Source of the DNA: Candidatus Bipolaricaulota bacterium
Lineage (GTDB): Bacteria > Bipolaricaulota > Bipolaricaulia > RBG-16-55-9 > DRXL01
Direction: 5' to 3'
Length of the DNA stretch: 64,000 nt
Assembly (NCBI GenBank): GCA_938091745.1
Contig: CALLJK010000009.1
Location: forward strand, 8,138 to 72,137
Program-made: the position numbers and the translations under genes
Part shown: piece after piece, positions 19,876 to 29,814 of the stretch
How positions within the stretch are numbered: the stretch's first letter is position 1
Layout: every line of letters starts with the position of its first letter
Notes under the pieces: generated by a model
Seen by the model: the letters and a program-made list of their open reading frames with translations, nothing else
Databases searched by the model: none
Told to the model about the DNA's origin: nothing

Positions 19876-20850
19876 TCACTGTATTGGCTCAGCAAGCTGC
19901 GCCGCCGCCCCGATGACGGCTTGAGCAATGCGCCGCGCATACGAGAGATTAAGCATTCCCAGCACGTCGCAGAGCGTATGATAGCACGGGTTGAAATCTT
20001 CTGTCTCGCCGAATTCTGTGTCTTCAATGATCATCAGAGCTGGATAGCCGCGGCGCCAGAAAGACTCGTGATCTCCTCCCCTCCTGGGATCGTTGAGCAC
20101 CTCAGGGGCTAGAACTATACTGTAAGTCTCGATTGTCCTGACGATGAGATCAGCAAGCCCCTCCGACTCCCCAGGCCTGACCCACATCTCAAAGAGCCCG
20201 TTGTCGTCACCATCGTAACCGATCATGTCCATATTGAAGACGCCGAGAACCTGAGCGCCTGCACTTGCAAGCTTTCTCGCATAGGCCGAGCTTCCTACCA
20301 TCCATTGCTCTTCCCCGGTGAAGAGCACAAACCGAATCGTGTGTTTGAATTTATACTGACTTAAGATTCTCGCAGCTTCTAAGACAGCAGCACTGCCGCT
20401 GGCGTCGTCGTCAGCACCAGGAGCGGGACTTGCTTTGCTCACCCCTGTTGCGTAGCTGTCTAAGTGGGCTACGAGCAGAACGATCTGAGAGCTCTCAGTC
20501 CCGGGCAATTCAGCTTGGATATTGTGTGATAACCCAGGCCGACAGCTCAGCGAATAGGGGTCAAGCTGCGTCTTTAAGCTTAAATTCTCAAAATATTGTC
20601 GCGCATAGTCCAGTGCTCGATCAATAGCTGTGCCATCGCAAGACCACCGCGAGCCCTGCTCGTTGCAGTACTCTCCGCCCTCGCGAGACTGAAGCTGACA
20701 GATGTGTTCTCGCAGATGGTGCTCTTGCACCTGCCCAATGATATCGGCGATAACATCGCCTGAGGACACTGTCGAGACAGCTCTGAACGCCCACGACGGG
20801 AGACTACCAACCACCAACACAACAGCCACAACGGCAATGAGCCGTTTCAT
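19876..20850 (-). CDS. Secreted M28 family aminopeptidase
   Basis: AHLDS, PGADDDASG, GEEQ, DMIG, YHTLCD. Confidence 0.9.
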   Translation of the reverse strand: MKRLIAVVAVVLVVGSLPSWAFRAVSTVSSGDVIADIIGQVQEHHLREHICQLQSREGGEYCNEQGSRWSCDGTAIDRALDYARQYFENLSLKTQLDPYSLSCRPGLSHNIQAELPGTESSQIVLLVAHLDSYATGVSKASPAPGADDDASGSAAVLEAARILSQYKFKHTIRFVLFTGEEQWMVGSSAYARKLASAGAQVLGVFNMDMIGYDGDDNGLFEMWVRPGESEGLADLIVRTIETYSIVLAPEVLNDPRRGGDHESFWRRGYPALMIIEDTEFGETEDFNPCYHTLCDVLGMLNLSYARRIAQAVIGAAAQLAEPIQ

Positions 20851-20950
20851 AGATAGAGCTCCTTCAGATTTAGATGGGCCAATTTTAAATGAAAGTCTTC
20901 TCATTTTTCAAAACGCTCCGTCTTCGTTTATACTATCAAGGGTGATATCT

Positions 20951-22483
20951 ATGCGCCGACTTATAGGGTTCATAGCGATAGCGCTTCTGAGCTTCGCGGG
21001 GGTGGCCCAGCAGGCAGAGCAGCCGATCCCTGAGGGGATCATCGTCCAGCCCGTTCAGACCCCGTTAGCAATCCAGCTCGGATTGGATAAAGCCCTTTAT
21101 GCTCCCGGCGAGAAACTTCGCTTGAGTATTGCGCTTAATCAGGACGCGTACGTTTATATCTATAACATCACGCCAGACCGCCGCGTCAATTTGCTCTTTC
21201 CCAATGCGTATCAGCCCGTGAATTTTTTACAAGCCGGCGTGCATACAATCCCTAATCAGCGCTATAGCCTCGTGATCTCGCCGCCCATGGGCTTTGAATG
21301 CATCCAAGTCTTGGCACTCGCTGCGCCCTTGCCCTTGGAACAGCTCATCCCCGAAGGAAAGTTCTCTCCGCAAAACCCGTTTCCCGTGCTCAGCCAAAAG
21401 CCCCAAGAGTTCAAGACCTTTATGCAAAACTTGGTCGTCGGTGCAGTGAGCACCACGGGCTGGGCTGCAGCCTGGACGTGCTTTTATGTTGCTGTGCCTC
21501 AAGCGCGCTTGAGGGTCATCTCGAATCCCTCGGGTGCGCTCGTCTCCGTGAACGGTATTGTCATGGGCCAGACCCCGCTCGAGCTTCCACTTGCCCCCGG
21601 ACGCTATCGCGTGGCGCTCTCGCGCTTCGGCTACGACGAATGGTCTCAGGCCGTCGAGCTGAAACAGGGCTCTGAAATTACTCTTGAAGCTCAATTGACA
21701 CCGAGCCCGCTTTTCAGACCCTTAGGGCGCACGGCGCGGCTGCGCATCGTCTCTGACCCTGATGACGCTGACGTCTTCATCAATAACGCCTATGCAGGCA
21801 GAACCCCACTGAGTTTAGAAATTGCTCCAGGGCGCTATCGCGTCGTTGTCACCAAAGCCAATTACGAGAGCTGGGCTCAGACGCTTGAACTTAAGGGTGA
21901 TTCAGATATCACCCTCGAAGCAGTACTGAAGCCCTTGGGGGTGCAGACCCCTCCTCCGATATCGCCGCCGGTGCCACCAAGTCGGCCAGCACTCTCTACC
22001 CCGACCGTGCTGGTAAGCTTCAACGCTGGTTTGAACGCTGCGCAGATCCCCAGCGTGGGGTTTGAGTTCGGATTTTTGATCTCGCAGCGAGCCAGCGTTG
22101 TGGGCCTGGGATTTTCATTCTCGATGACGGGCGAAGATGTCCCGGAGTACGAAGATATTGGGGGCCCCAGAGATCTTGGCCCAACGATGACATATCGGGA
22201 GGGCCCGGAGACAGAGTTCTACGGAAAACTCTCGCTTGGGGTGCTTGGTGCGCTGAGCGTCGATCTCTTAGGCGGGCTTGCTATTCAGAAAGAAGCGCAT
22301 ATTGCGCTGCCCCTAGGGCCCGCGCGCGCCCTCGACGTGATCGTCAAGCCCAATGGCTACCAGACCGAGAGATACTATCTAACGTGGCTGATCGGGCTTA
22401 GCTTGCGTTCACAGAATATCGTGCTCAGTGCGGGAATGCACAATCGCCGCGGCTGGGTGATCGGCGTGGGGGTTGTCTTCTGA
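20951..22483 (+). CDS. DUF4384 + two PEGA domains + C-terminal beta-strand-rich domain
   Basis: QDAYVYIYNI..LLFPN; two SxPxxAxVxIN..GxTP repeats; ends GWVIGVGVVF. Confidence 0.75.
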   Translation: MRRLIGFIAIALLSFAGVAQQAEQPIPEGIIVQPVQTPLAIQLGLDKALYAPGEKLRLSIALNQDAYVYIYNITPDRRVNLLFPNAYQPVNFLQAGVHTIPNQRYSLVISPPMGFECIQVLALAAPLPLEQLIPEGKFSPQNPFPVLSQKPQEFKTFMQNLVVGAVSTTGWAAAWTCFYVAVPQARLRVISNPSGALVSVNGIVMGQTPLELPLAPGRYRVALSRFGYDEWSQAVELKQGSEITLEAQLTPSPLFRPLGRTARLRIVSDPDDADVFINNAYAGRTPLSLEIAPGRYRVVVTKANYESWAQTLELKGDSDITLEAVLKPLGVQTPPPISPPVPPSRPALSTPTVLVSFNAGLNAAQIPSVGFEFGFLISQRASVVGLGFSFSMTGEDVPEYEDIGGPRDLGPTMTYREGPETEFYGKLSLGVLGALSVDLLGGLAIQKEAHIALPLGPARALDVIVKPNGYQTERYYLTWLIGLSLRSQNIVLSAGMHNRRGWVIGVGVVF

Positions 22484-23433
22484 TGAAGAGAAAGCCTCAG
22501 AACATTTATGCGTTCTTGGGGGACGCTTATTTGCGCGAGCGTGCTGCTAAGAAGCTGATCGCGCAACTGCAGCAGAATCAAAAACGTGCTCTGATTCCCC
22601 TGGAGGGGCGCGAGCTGACGAGCTCTCACATAGTAGAGCACTTCAGCGGGATATCGCTCTTCGATGACGCGAAGATTCTCTATGTCCGCCGCGCCGATGA
22701 GCTCCCTGAGCCAGAAGAGCTTGCCGAACGCATTGCAAGGGGGATCTCTGCAAACATCGTGCTTATCTTAGACGCTGATAAGCTCGATAAACGCTCGAAA
22801 CTCTATAAAGCCCTAGAGCAATACGGCTCTGTCGAAGAGTTTCCTACTCCTGACCGGCGCAGCTTGCCCACGTTGGCCCGGGAGCTCCTGGCTGAGCACA
22901 ACGTCAAGCTGACCTCGTCAGCCTTAAAATATCTCTTGGCAACAGTAGAGCCGGAACCGGCACGCATCGCCAAAGAGATCGAGAAGCTCGCATGCTATAG
23001 CACAGAGAAAGAGCTTGACGTCGCGGAGCTGCGCGAATTGCTCTTTAGCGATCAGAGCGAGAGCGTCTTGAAATTCTTAGATCTTATAGGTGAGCGCAAC
23101 CCGCAGAGCCTCAAATATCTACGAGAGCTTCTGCGGGGCGGGGAGGACCCCAATAAGATCTTCTTCATGCTGGCGATGCAGATCCGCGGGCTGCTAGCCG
23201 TAAAGTCTTTAGCCGCTCAGAAGAAATCGAGCGAAGAGATCGCTAAAGAACTGGGAAAGCTGCCATGGATTGTAGCCAAGCACAAAGCGATGGCACAGCA
23301 CTTCTCTGAACAAGAGCTTATAGAGTTTCTGCACAGACTCCATGAAGAAGATGTCAACATCAAGACAGGGGAACGCGCTCCTGAGGAGGCACTCTTTGAT
23401 CTCACGCTAGAGCTAGCTCAGCCCTTGACTTGA
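22483..23433 (+). CDS. holA: DNA polymerase III delta subunit
   Basis: YAFLGD, DKRSKLYK, EIEKL, DVNIKTG. Confidence 0.85.
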   Translation: MKRKPQNIYAFLGDAYLRERAAKKLIAQLQQNQKRALIPLEGRELTSSHIVEHFSGISLFDDAKILYVRRADELPEPEELAERIARGISANIVLILDADKLDKRSKLYKALEQYGSVEEFPTPDRRSLPTLARELLAEHNVKLTSSALKYLLATVEPEPARIAKEIEKLACYSTEKELDVAELRELLFSDQSESVLKFLDLIGERNPQSLKYLRELLRGGEDPNKIFFMLAMQIRGLLAVKSLAAQKKSSEEIAKELGKLPWIVAKHKAMAQHFSEQELIEFLHRLHEEDVNIKTGERAPEEALFDLTLELAQPLT

Positions 23434-24389
23434 GCAGTTAACCCGCGCCGCCGCCATATTAACAGAATCGGGCTGGCAATGAAGATCGACGAATAAGTGC
23501 CGACAATTACCCCGATAATCAGCACTAATGCGAAGTCGCGCAGTACCGGCCCACCTAAGATATACAGCACTAAGGCGGCCAGCAGCGTCGTCAACGACGT
23601 CAAGATCGTGCGGCTTAAGACTTGGTTGAGCGCGCCGTTAATAATTTTTATGAGCGGATCACGCTGATGCTTTCTTAAGTTCTCACGAATTCGGTCGAAG
23701 ACGACGACCGTGTCTGTCAGCGAATATCCAGCGATGGTCAGGAGCGCCGTGACGATGAGCAGCGTGAATTCCATCCCTAAAGCCCACGACAGCCCCAAGA
23801 CCGAAAAGACGTCGTGGAACGTCGCGATGGCTGCAGCAACACCGAACTTAAAATCAAACCGAAATGCGATATAGACCAAGAAGCCGAGCGTCGAGAACAC
23901 CACGGCCCAGATAGCTTTGTCGCGCAGCTCCCTCCCGATAGTTGGGCCGATGAACTCCGTGCTGACGACCACGGGCCGGCTGTCGGCAAAGGACTTTTCG
24001 AAGAGGGCTTGAATACGAGCAGAGACTTGCTCGCCCTCCTCGCTGAGCTTGGTGCGGATGGCTAGCTGATTGGTGCCCTTGATATCTTGAATTTGAGCAT
24101 CGCTGAAGCCGTTCTGCGCCAAGAGCGTGCGGGCTTGATCGATAGGCACAGGTTGCTCGAAATCGAGCGTGATCGCTGTGCCCCCGGTAAACTCCAGCCC
24201 CATCTTGGCATTCCCTGTCCAGATCTGGACAAACGCGAAGATCCCCAGGAGCACGAGCACCGTCGAGAGTCCGAACGCTATGTAGCGCTTGCCCATAAAG
24301 TCAATATGGGTCTCCTGGGGCAGTACGGAGAAGAACCGCACAGTAGGCTGTGTCAGCGATGCAGAAACGCTCTTGGCGTTGTTCTTCAT
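23418..24389 (-). CDS. secF: Protein translocase SecF
   Basis: GLEFTGG, HDV, GYSLTDTVVVFDRIREN. Confidence 0.96.
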   Translation of the reverse strand: MKNNAKSVSASLTQPTVRFFSVLPQETHIDFMGKRYIAFGLSTVLVLLGIFAFVQIWTGNAKMGLEFTGGTAITLDFEQPVPIDQARTLLAQNGFSDAQIQDIKGTNQLAIRTKLSEEGEQVSARIQALFEKSFADSRPVVVSTEFIGPTIGRELRDKAIWAVVFSTLGFLVYIAFRFDFKFGVAAAIATFHDVFSVLGLSWALGMEFTLLIVTALLTIAGYSLTDTVVVFDRIRENLRKHQRDPLIKIINGALNQVLSRTILTSLTTLLAALVLYILGGPVLRDFALVLIIGVIVGTYSSIFIASPILLIWRRRGLTAQVKG

Positions 24390-24401
24390 AGAAGATCTCT
24401 C

Positions 24402-25796
24402 CTAGATGCTGAGTCGTTCGACCTTGCGCAGCTTCACGAACTCGAAGACCAAGCGGGTCCCAATGAGCACAGTAAAGAGATTGATGATGATGCCCAAACT
24501 GAGAGTCGTAGCAAAGCCGCGGATTGGGCCGGTCCCGAAGATAAAGAGAAAGAGTGCTGTAATGAGCGTTGTGACGTGCGAGTCCCAGATGGTCGCTAAC
24601 GCCCGATGATACCCCGCGTCGATAGCTGCGCGGGCGACTTTACCCAAGCGTAGCTCCTCGCGCATACGCTCGAATATCAAGACGTTTGAGTCTACACCAA
24701 CGCCGATTAACAGAATCAACCCGGCGATACCCGGGAGTGTCAGCGTCGCTTTCAAGCCCGCTAACGCCCCAATCACTACGAGCAGATTGAGCAGTTGCGT
24801 GAAGACCGCGATGAAACCGCTGAGACGATAATAGAGCACCATGAAGACCAACACGACGATCCCCGCGATCCAGCTCGCTGTGATGCCCTTCTCGATAGAA
24901 TCGCGTCCCAGCGACGGCCCCACAATGCTCTCTTGGATAATCTTCAGTTCCGTAGGCAGAGCGCCGGCGCTTAGGATCGCGGCGAGCAAGCGTGCTTCAT
25001 CTGCTGTAAAGTTTCCCGTGATCACGGACTGATCGACCTTGGGTTGGCGGCGTGCTGTCTCATAGAGACTCTTGGCGATAGTCGGGGCGCTGTAGACGAC
25101 GCGATCAAGCACGGCAGCAATGCGATCCGATTCGGGCTTGAGCTGCAAGATGACGTCACGCCATTGATGAGCGCCGGCATCGTTGAACGTGAGCCCAATA
25201 TAAATGGGGGTGAGTCCGCTTCCTGGTTGGGGGTTGAAGCGCACTTCAGCTTTGTTGAGCACTGCCCCGGTCATCAACGGTTCTTTCTTGACCACATACG
25301 CTTGGCACTTTTCTCTGAGCTCGGGCTTAGCGCACTCATAGCCCATCAAAACTTCTTCGTCGATCTCTTCGGTGAAGGTCTCTCCCGGAGGGCCTTCCTT
25401 GACGACCTTGCGGAACTCCAAGAGCGCTGTGCTGCCTACAAGCTGACGTGCTTGCTCTGGATCGGTCGTACCGGGTAGTTGTACGACGATTCGGGTATCT
25501 CCAGCTTGCGTGATGATGGGCTCGGTCACACCGAGCGCGTTGACGCGCGTCTCTAACACGCTAATGGACCGATCCATGATCTTCTGGCGGTCGTCGAGTG
25601 AAGTCCCTTCGGGAATTTGCGCTTCCAGTGTCAGGGTGACGCCACCGCACAGATCCAACCCAAGACGAATCTCTCTGATCGTGCATGGGCGCTCCTGCGG
25701 GGGCTGCCACGGCGCAAATATTAATAATAGAGACGCAATAATAGCAACGGTGATGAGCGCGAACCGTCCCCAGTTCATCAGCACTTCAGGTCTCAT
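24402..25796 (-). CDS. secD: Protein translocase SecD
   Basis: LGLDLCGG, VGPSLG, VDSNVLIFER. Confidence 0.96.
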   Translation of the reverse strand: MRPEVLMNWGRFALITVAIIASLLLIFAPWQPPQERPCTIREIRLGLDLCGGVTLTLEAQIPEGTSLDDRQKIMDRSISVLETRVNALGVTEPIITQAGDTRIVVQLPGTTDPEQARQLVGSTALLEFRKVVKEGPPGETFTEEIDEEVLMGYECAKPELREKCQAYVVKKEPLMTGAVLNKAEVRFNPQPGSGLTPIYIGLTFNDAGAHQWRDVILQLKPESDRIAAVLDRVVYSAPTIAKSLYETARRQPKVDQSVITGNFTADEARLLAAILSAGALPTELKIIQESIVGPSLGRDSIEKGITASWIAGIVVLVFMVLYYRLSGFIAVFTQLLNLLVVIGALAGLKATLTLPGIAGLILLIGVGVDSNVLIFERMREELRLGKVARAAIDAGYHRALATIWDSHVTTLITALFLFIFGTGPIRGFATTLSLGIIINLFTVLIGTRLVFEFVKLRKVERLSI

Positions 25797-26140
25797 GCGG
25801 ATTTCTCCTTCTGCGTGATGCTCTCTTTGAGCACGCGCACAGTTGTTCCCTCATCGTTGACTTGGAGAGTGACGTAGTCTTTTTCGATCTTGACGATCTT
25901 GCCATAGATCCCTCCGATGGTAACGACCTCATCCCCCCGGCGCAGGCTCTCAAGCAGAGCTTGGTGCTCTTGCTGGCGCTTGCGTTGCGGACGCACCAAA
26001 AAGAAATAGAAAAAGACCATCATGAGCGCCAGCATGATGATCAGGGTGATCCAGCTCTCGCCGGCGGAAGGCTGCGGCTGCGCTTGGGCCCACACAATAC
26101 TCATAATAGATAACAAATCCATGGCTTGGATTTCCGTCAT
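25793..26140 (-). CDS. yajC: Preprotein translocase subunit YajC
   Basis: RPQRKRQ, GDEVVTIGGIYG. Confidence 0.95.
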   Translation of the reverse strand: MTEIQAMDLLSIMSIVWAQAQPQPSAGESWITLIIMLALMMVFFYFFLVRPQRKRQQEHQALLESLRRGDEVVTIGGIYGKIVKIEKDYVTLQVNDEGTTVRVLKESITQKEKSA

Positions 26141-26164
26141 TATATCATAGACGGGCTGACGATG

Positions 26165-26743
26165 CTACTGCACCTTGGAAGTGACGATCCCTATTTGCTT
26201 TTGGTACTTGCCCTTTCTATCAGCATACGAGACCTCACAGACCTCGTCTGCTTCGAGAAAGATCATTTGGGCGATCCCCTCGTTGGCATAGATCTTGGCT
26301 GGCAACGGCGAAGTGTTGGAGATCTCGATGACGAGCTGCCCTTCCCATTCGGGTTCCGCGGGGGTTATGTTTACAATAATTCCACAGCGCGCATAGGTGC
26401 TCTTCCCCAGACAAAGAGCTAAGATATTTCGCGGGATGCGGAAGTATTCTACGGAGCGCCCTAGCGCAAACGAGTTGGGCGGGATGACACAGACTTCCCC
26501 ACGATAGTCGACGAATGAGTGCTCATTAAAATTCTTTGGGTCGACGATGACGGGTTGGCCCGTGGCAAAGAGCTCGGGATTGACGCTCGTGAAGATCTTG
26601 AATTCGTCAGCAATACGAATATCATAGCCGTAGCTTGAAAGCCCATAGGAGATCACGCCCTTGCTCATCTGGCGCTCGACGAAGGGCTCGATCATCTTGT
26701 GCGTGCGGGCCATCTCGCGAATCCAGCGGTCGTTCTTCACCAT
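26165..26743 (-). CDS. dcd: dCTP deaminase
   Basis: [19 protein letters not shown]. Confidence 0.95.
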   Translation of the reverse strand: MVKNDRWIREMARTHKMIEPFVERQMSKGVISYGLSSYGYDIRIADEFKIFTSVNPELFATGQPVIVDPKNFNEHSFVDYRGEVCVIPPNSFALGRSVEYFRIPRNILALCLGKSTYARCGIIVNITPAEPEWEGQLVIEISNTSPLPAKIYANEGIAQMIFLEADEVCEVSYADRKGKYQKQIGIVTSKVQ

Positions 26744-26862
26744 AGGAGAACCTCACACTCCCCACAGAATATCAAAATTATCGCATCTTGCTCGTGGGCT
26801 TGCAAATGCTAGATAAATTGGCTACAGTAGGTCTACATTACAGTACAGGAGGTGATACTCCC

Positions 26863-27612
26863 ATGGCTGGGCATTCCAAGTGGGCCAATATCAAATATCG
26901 CAAGGAGAAGCAAGATGCGGCCAGGATGAAGCTCTTCTCCAAGCTCTCTAAGGAGATCACGCTTGCGGCGAAGGCCGGAGGGCCCGATCCCCAGAAGAAT
27001 ACAGCCTTGGCCAATGCGATTGAGCGCGCTCGCGAGGCCAACGTCCCAAAAGAGAACATTGAGCGGGCGATCAAGCGCGCGACCGGGGAACTCCCCGGTA
27101 TGCAATACGAAGAAGTCTTTTATGAGGGCTATGGCCCTTACGGGGTCGCGGTGCTCGTGCGCGTGGTCACGGACAATAAGAACCGTGCCGTCTCAGAGAT
27201 CCGCCATATCTTTGAAGAGTACGGTGGCAATTTAGGGGGCTCGGTCGCGTGGATCTTTGATCGTCGCGGGGTCATTGCTCTGGACAAGTCTAAGATTCAG
27301 TGTGATAAAGATGAGCTGTTGATGAACGTCATTGATCTAGGGGCTGAAGATATCCAAGAGAAAGATAGCGAGATTGAGATCTATTGTGAGCCCTCAGCGT
27401 TGAAAGCCGTGCGGGAGGGCTTACAGAAGCTGGGGGTGCCGGTGGAGCGAGCGGAGGTCTCTCTCGTCCCGAAGAACACGGTGCACTTGGAGGGGCGCGA
27501 GGCCGAGAAAGTTCTCAAGTTCATGGAAGCGCTCGACGAGCAAGAGGACGTTCAGGAGGCCTACGCGAACTTTGATATTCCCGACGCGATTTTAGAGAGT
27601 GTCGGTTCGTGA
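26863..27612 (+). CDS. yebC: YebC/PmpR family protein
   Basis: MAGHSKWANIK, YEGYGP, TDNKNR. Confidence 0.96.
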   Translation: MAGHSKWANIKYRKEKQDAARMKLFSKLSKEITLAAKAGGPDPQKNTALANAIERAREANVPKENIERAIKRATGELPGMQYEEVFYEGYGPYGVAVLVRVVTDNKNRAVSEIRHIFEEYGGNLGGSVAWIFDRRGVIALDKSKIQCDKDELLMNVIDLGAEDIQEKDSEIEIYCEPSALKAVREGLQKLGVPVERAEVSLVPKNTVHLEGREAEKVLKFMEALDEQEDVQEAYANFDIPDAILESVGS

Positions 27613-27679
27613 TTTCACGCACCCTGGGGTCATGCTCTATAATATATTTGTAATCTTTGGGGAATAGGGGGGAACTATC

Positions 27680-28168
27680 GTGACACGTCGCTGGATTTGG
27701 GTGGTAGTCCTGGGGCTCGTTCTTGGTTTGGCCTGGGGGACTCAGGCGCAGACGGTGGGCGTGGGCGTGAAGATCCCTGTGGAGTTAGCGTCTTTTACAG
27801 TAACGAGCGTGACTGATAACTGGGAGGTCTTTGGACGGCTGGGCGTAGGGGCATTCGCCCTGGAGATTGGAGTCTTCTTTCCCACTGTGCCGCTGGTCGT
27901 GAGCGCTCATGCCACGTGGGTCGTCTCTGACATAACCGATCAGTCTCTCTTTTTTATCGGGATTGGGGGGTATCGGATCTTCATTGGACCGGAGACGTTC
28001 ACGGGGTTTGACGCAAAAGTCGGCTTGGAGTGGGCTTTTTCTGATATTCCCGTGCGAGCTGTTCTTGAAGCGGGCTGGCAGTCATCGGTAGAGATTCCGT
28101 TAGCGGGGGCGGGAGGGGCGTTTGTGAGCGTTGGGATGCGGTGGGACTGGCCCCGCTTATCGCCATAA
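27680..28168 (+). CDS. Putative small outer-membrane beta-barrel protein
   Basis: Signal peptide, amphipathic beta strands, C-terminal VGMRWDW. Confidence 0.55.
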   Translation: MTRRWIWVVVLGLVLGLAWGTQAQTVGVGVKIPVELASFTVTSVTDNWEVFGRLGVGAFALEIGVFFPTVPLVVSAHATWVVSDITDQSLFFIGIGGYRIFIGPETFTGFDAKVGLEWAFSDIPVRAVLEAGWQSSVEIPLAGAGGAFVSVGMRWDWPRLSP

Positions 28169-28177
28169 GAGAACTTT

Positions 28178-28612
28178 ATGAAAAATTTTCTGGTCGTGTT
28201 GGCTGCTCTCGTCTTGTTAGCAGGGCCATGCCGAGCGCAGCCGTTAGGAGTTGGTGTCAAGGTCCCGTTACAAGCGTTTGTCTTTGTGGGGCTTACGGAG
28301 CACTTCGCTATAGAAGTGGGATTGCCCATCGGGCTGAGCATAGGAGGATTAGCTGCTGTCGCGGACGTGAAGCTCTTCTTTGGCACCTATGAGATTATCA
28401 ATCTCGTATGGAAGCCGTTTGTGGGTGCGGGAGCGTCCGCTGGGGTGCGCTCTCAAGGAGAGTTGCTCATTATCGAAGCGACATTCCAAGGGATCGTGGG
28501 GGTAGAGGTTCCTGTGCCGCGGACAAGTCTCTTCGCGTTTGCTGAAGTCTGGTTGTTAGCGGGGCGGCCCTTGCCTGGGGTCTTCGTCCTTGGGGTCCGC
28601 TATGAGTTCTAA
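28178..28612 (+). CDS. Putative small outer-membrane beta-barrel protein (paralog of previous)
   Basis: Signal peptide, QPLGVGVKVP, KPFVGAG, ends LGVRYEF. Confidence 0.6.
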   Translation: MKNFLVVLAALVLLAGPCRAQPLGVGVKVPLQAFVFVGLTEHFAIEVGLPIGLSIGGLAAVADVKLFFGTYEIINLVWKPFVGAGASAGVRSQGELLIIEATFQGIVGVEVPVPRTSLFAFAEVWLLAGRPLPGVFVLGVRYEF

Positions 28613-29005
28613 GAGTGCGAGCACCTTCTGTTCGATCATATCGCGGACTTTTCTGTAAAACTCTAAGCCGCGCCCGATAGGGTCAGGAATTCCCCAGTTC
28701 TCGCTCACTCCGCGAAAGCCCGCAGGGCAGATATCTGAGTCGAGACACCCCATGGCGATCACATAGTCGTAGTTCTTGAGCTCCTCGGGGTCAAAGCCCT
28801 TGGAGTACTGTTGAGAGATATCAATGCCTTTCTCACGCATAACGGTGATGGCGTCAGCGTGCACGGAGCCTGCTGGTTGCGTCCCCGCACTGCGAATCTC
28901 GAGATCGAGCCCCATCTGTTGGGCGTAGTGACGGGCGAAGCCTTCGGCCATCTGGCTGCGGCACGAGTTGCCTACGCAGATAAAGATTATCTTCTTGCGG
29001 CTCAT
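28556..29005 (-). CDS. arsC: Arsenate reductase (LMW-PTP fold)
   Basis: CVGNSCRSQMAE, second and third Cys, WGIPDP. Confidence 0.85.
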   Translation of the reverse strand: MSRKKIIFICVGNSCRSQMAEGFARHYAQQMGLDLEIRSAGTQPAGSVHADAITVMREKGIDISQQYSKGFDPEELKNYDYVIAMGCLDSDICPAGFRGVSENWGIPDPIGRGLEFYRKVRDMIEQKVLALLELIADPKDEDPRQGPPR

Positions 29006-29814
29006 GTTCTGTGGAGACCTCCAAGCTCTCGGCGTGCATAGCGTAGATGCTCTTTCAGGATAAAGAGTCTGTTCTCGGGCGCAACTAAATAATAATCATA
29101 GGGGGCATAGAGCTGGCCGTTAGTGATGTCTACGCAGTACTTATCAGGCCCGGAGCGCTTCCCCAGGAGCGTGTCTACGCAGAAGCGATATTCATAGCCC
29201 AGTAGGAGCGCTTCGTCTTTCCAGAAGCCCTTTTTTTGGTGTCGGGCTTGGCGCACCGCGTCTTGCACGCGCTCCCAGTCTTCGGGCTTGGGAAGATTGG
29301 GATATATAATATAATTGACGGCCCAACCCTCTTGTAATAATAAGAGATTGAATGTCAAGCGCTTCTGGGGGTTCTTCTCTTCTGGGGCGACGTAGGCGAG
29401 CAATCGCCGATACTGATCAAAGAGCTGGGTGCCCACAGTGAGATAGAGATTTTTATAGCGTATTTGGCCGCCAGCGCGATAGCGCAATCTCTGCGCAGCG
29501 AGCTCTTCAAACGCTTTGCGCGCACGTTCCCCCCAATAAAACTGGCGCGTCCCAGGGCGATCGGTGAGTTTGGGGGCAAGATATTCTCGGAACTGTTTTG
29601 TCTTGAAAGCGCCTTGATGGGTCTTAAGGAGGTTCTCGAGCTTCCTGTCGAAGGCGCTGGGCTTTCGCGTGCCGGGGTAGTGAGTCTCTGGAGCGTCGAT
29701 ACCTACCAATCGAATGGTGATCTGGACGCTTGGGGTATCGCCGTCGGGGGCGCCTAGCCAATGGGCAAAGCCCACGTGCTCACGCCGGGAATCATAGTGC
29801 AGCGCGATGGTCAT
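29002..29814 (-). CDS. Thermonuclease (SNase) family protein
   Basis: DGDT, IRLVGIDAPE, DQYRRLLAYV, N..LLQEGWA. Confidence 0.85.
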   Translation of the reverse strand: MTIALHYDSRREHVGFAHWLGAPDGDTPSVQITIRLVGIDAPETHYPGTRKPSAFDRKLENLLKTHQGAFKTKQFREYLAPKLTDRPGTRQFYWGERARKAFEELAAQRLRYRAGGQIRYKNLYLTVGTQLFDQYRRLLAYVAPEEKNPQKRLTFNLLLLQEGWAVNYIIYPNLPKPEDWERVQDAVRQARHQKKGFWKDEALLLGYEYRFCVDTLLGKRSGPDKYCVDITNGQLYAPYDYYLVAPENRLFILKEHLRYARRELGGLHRT

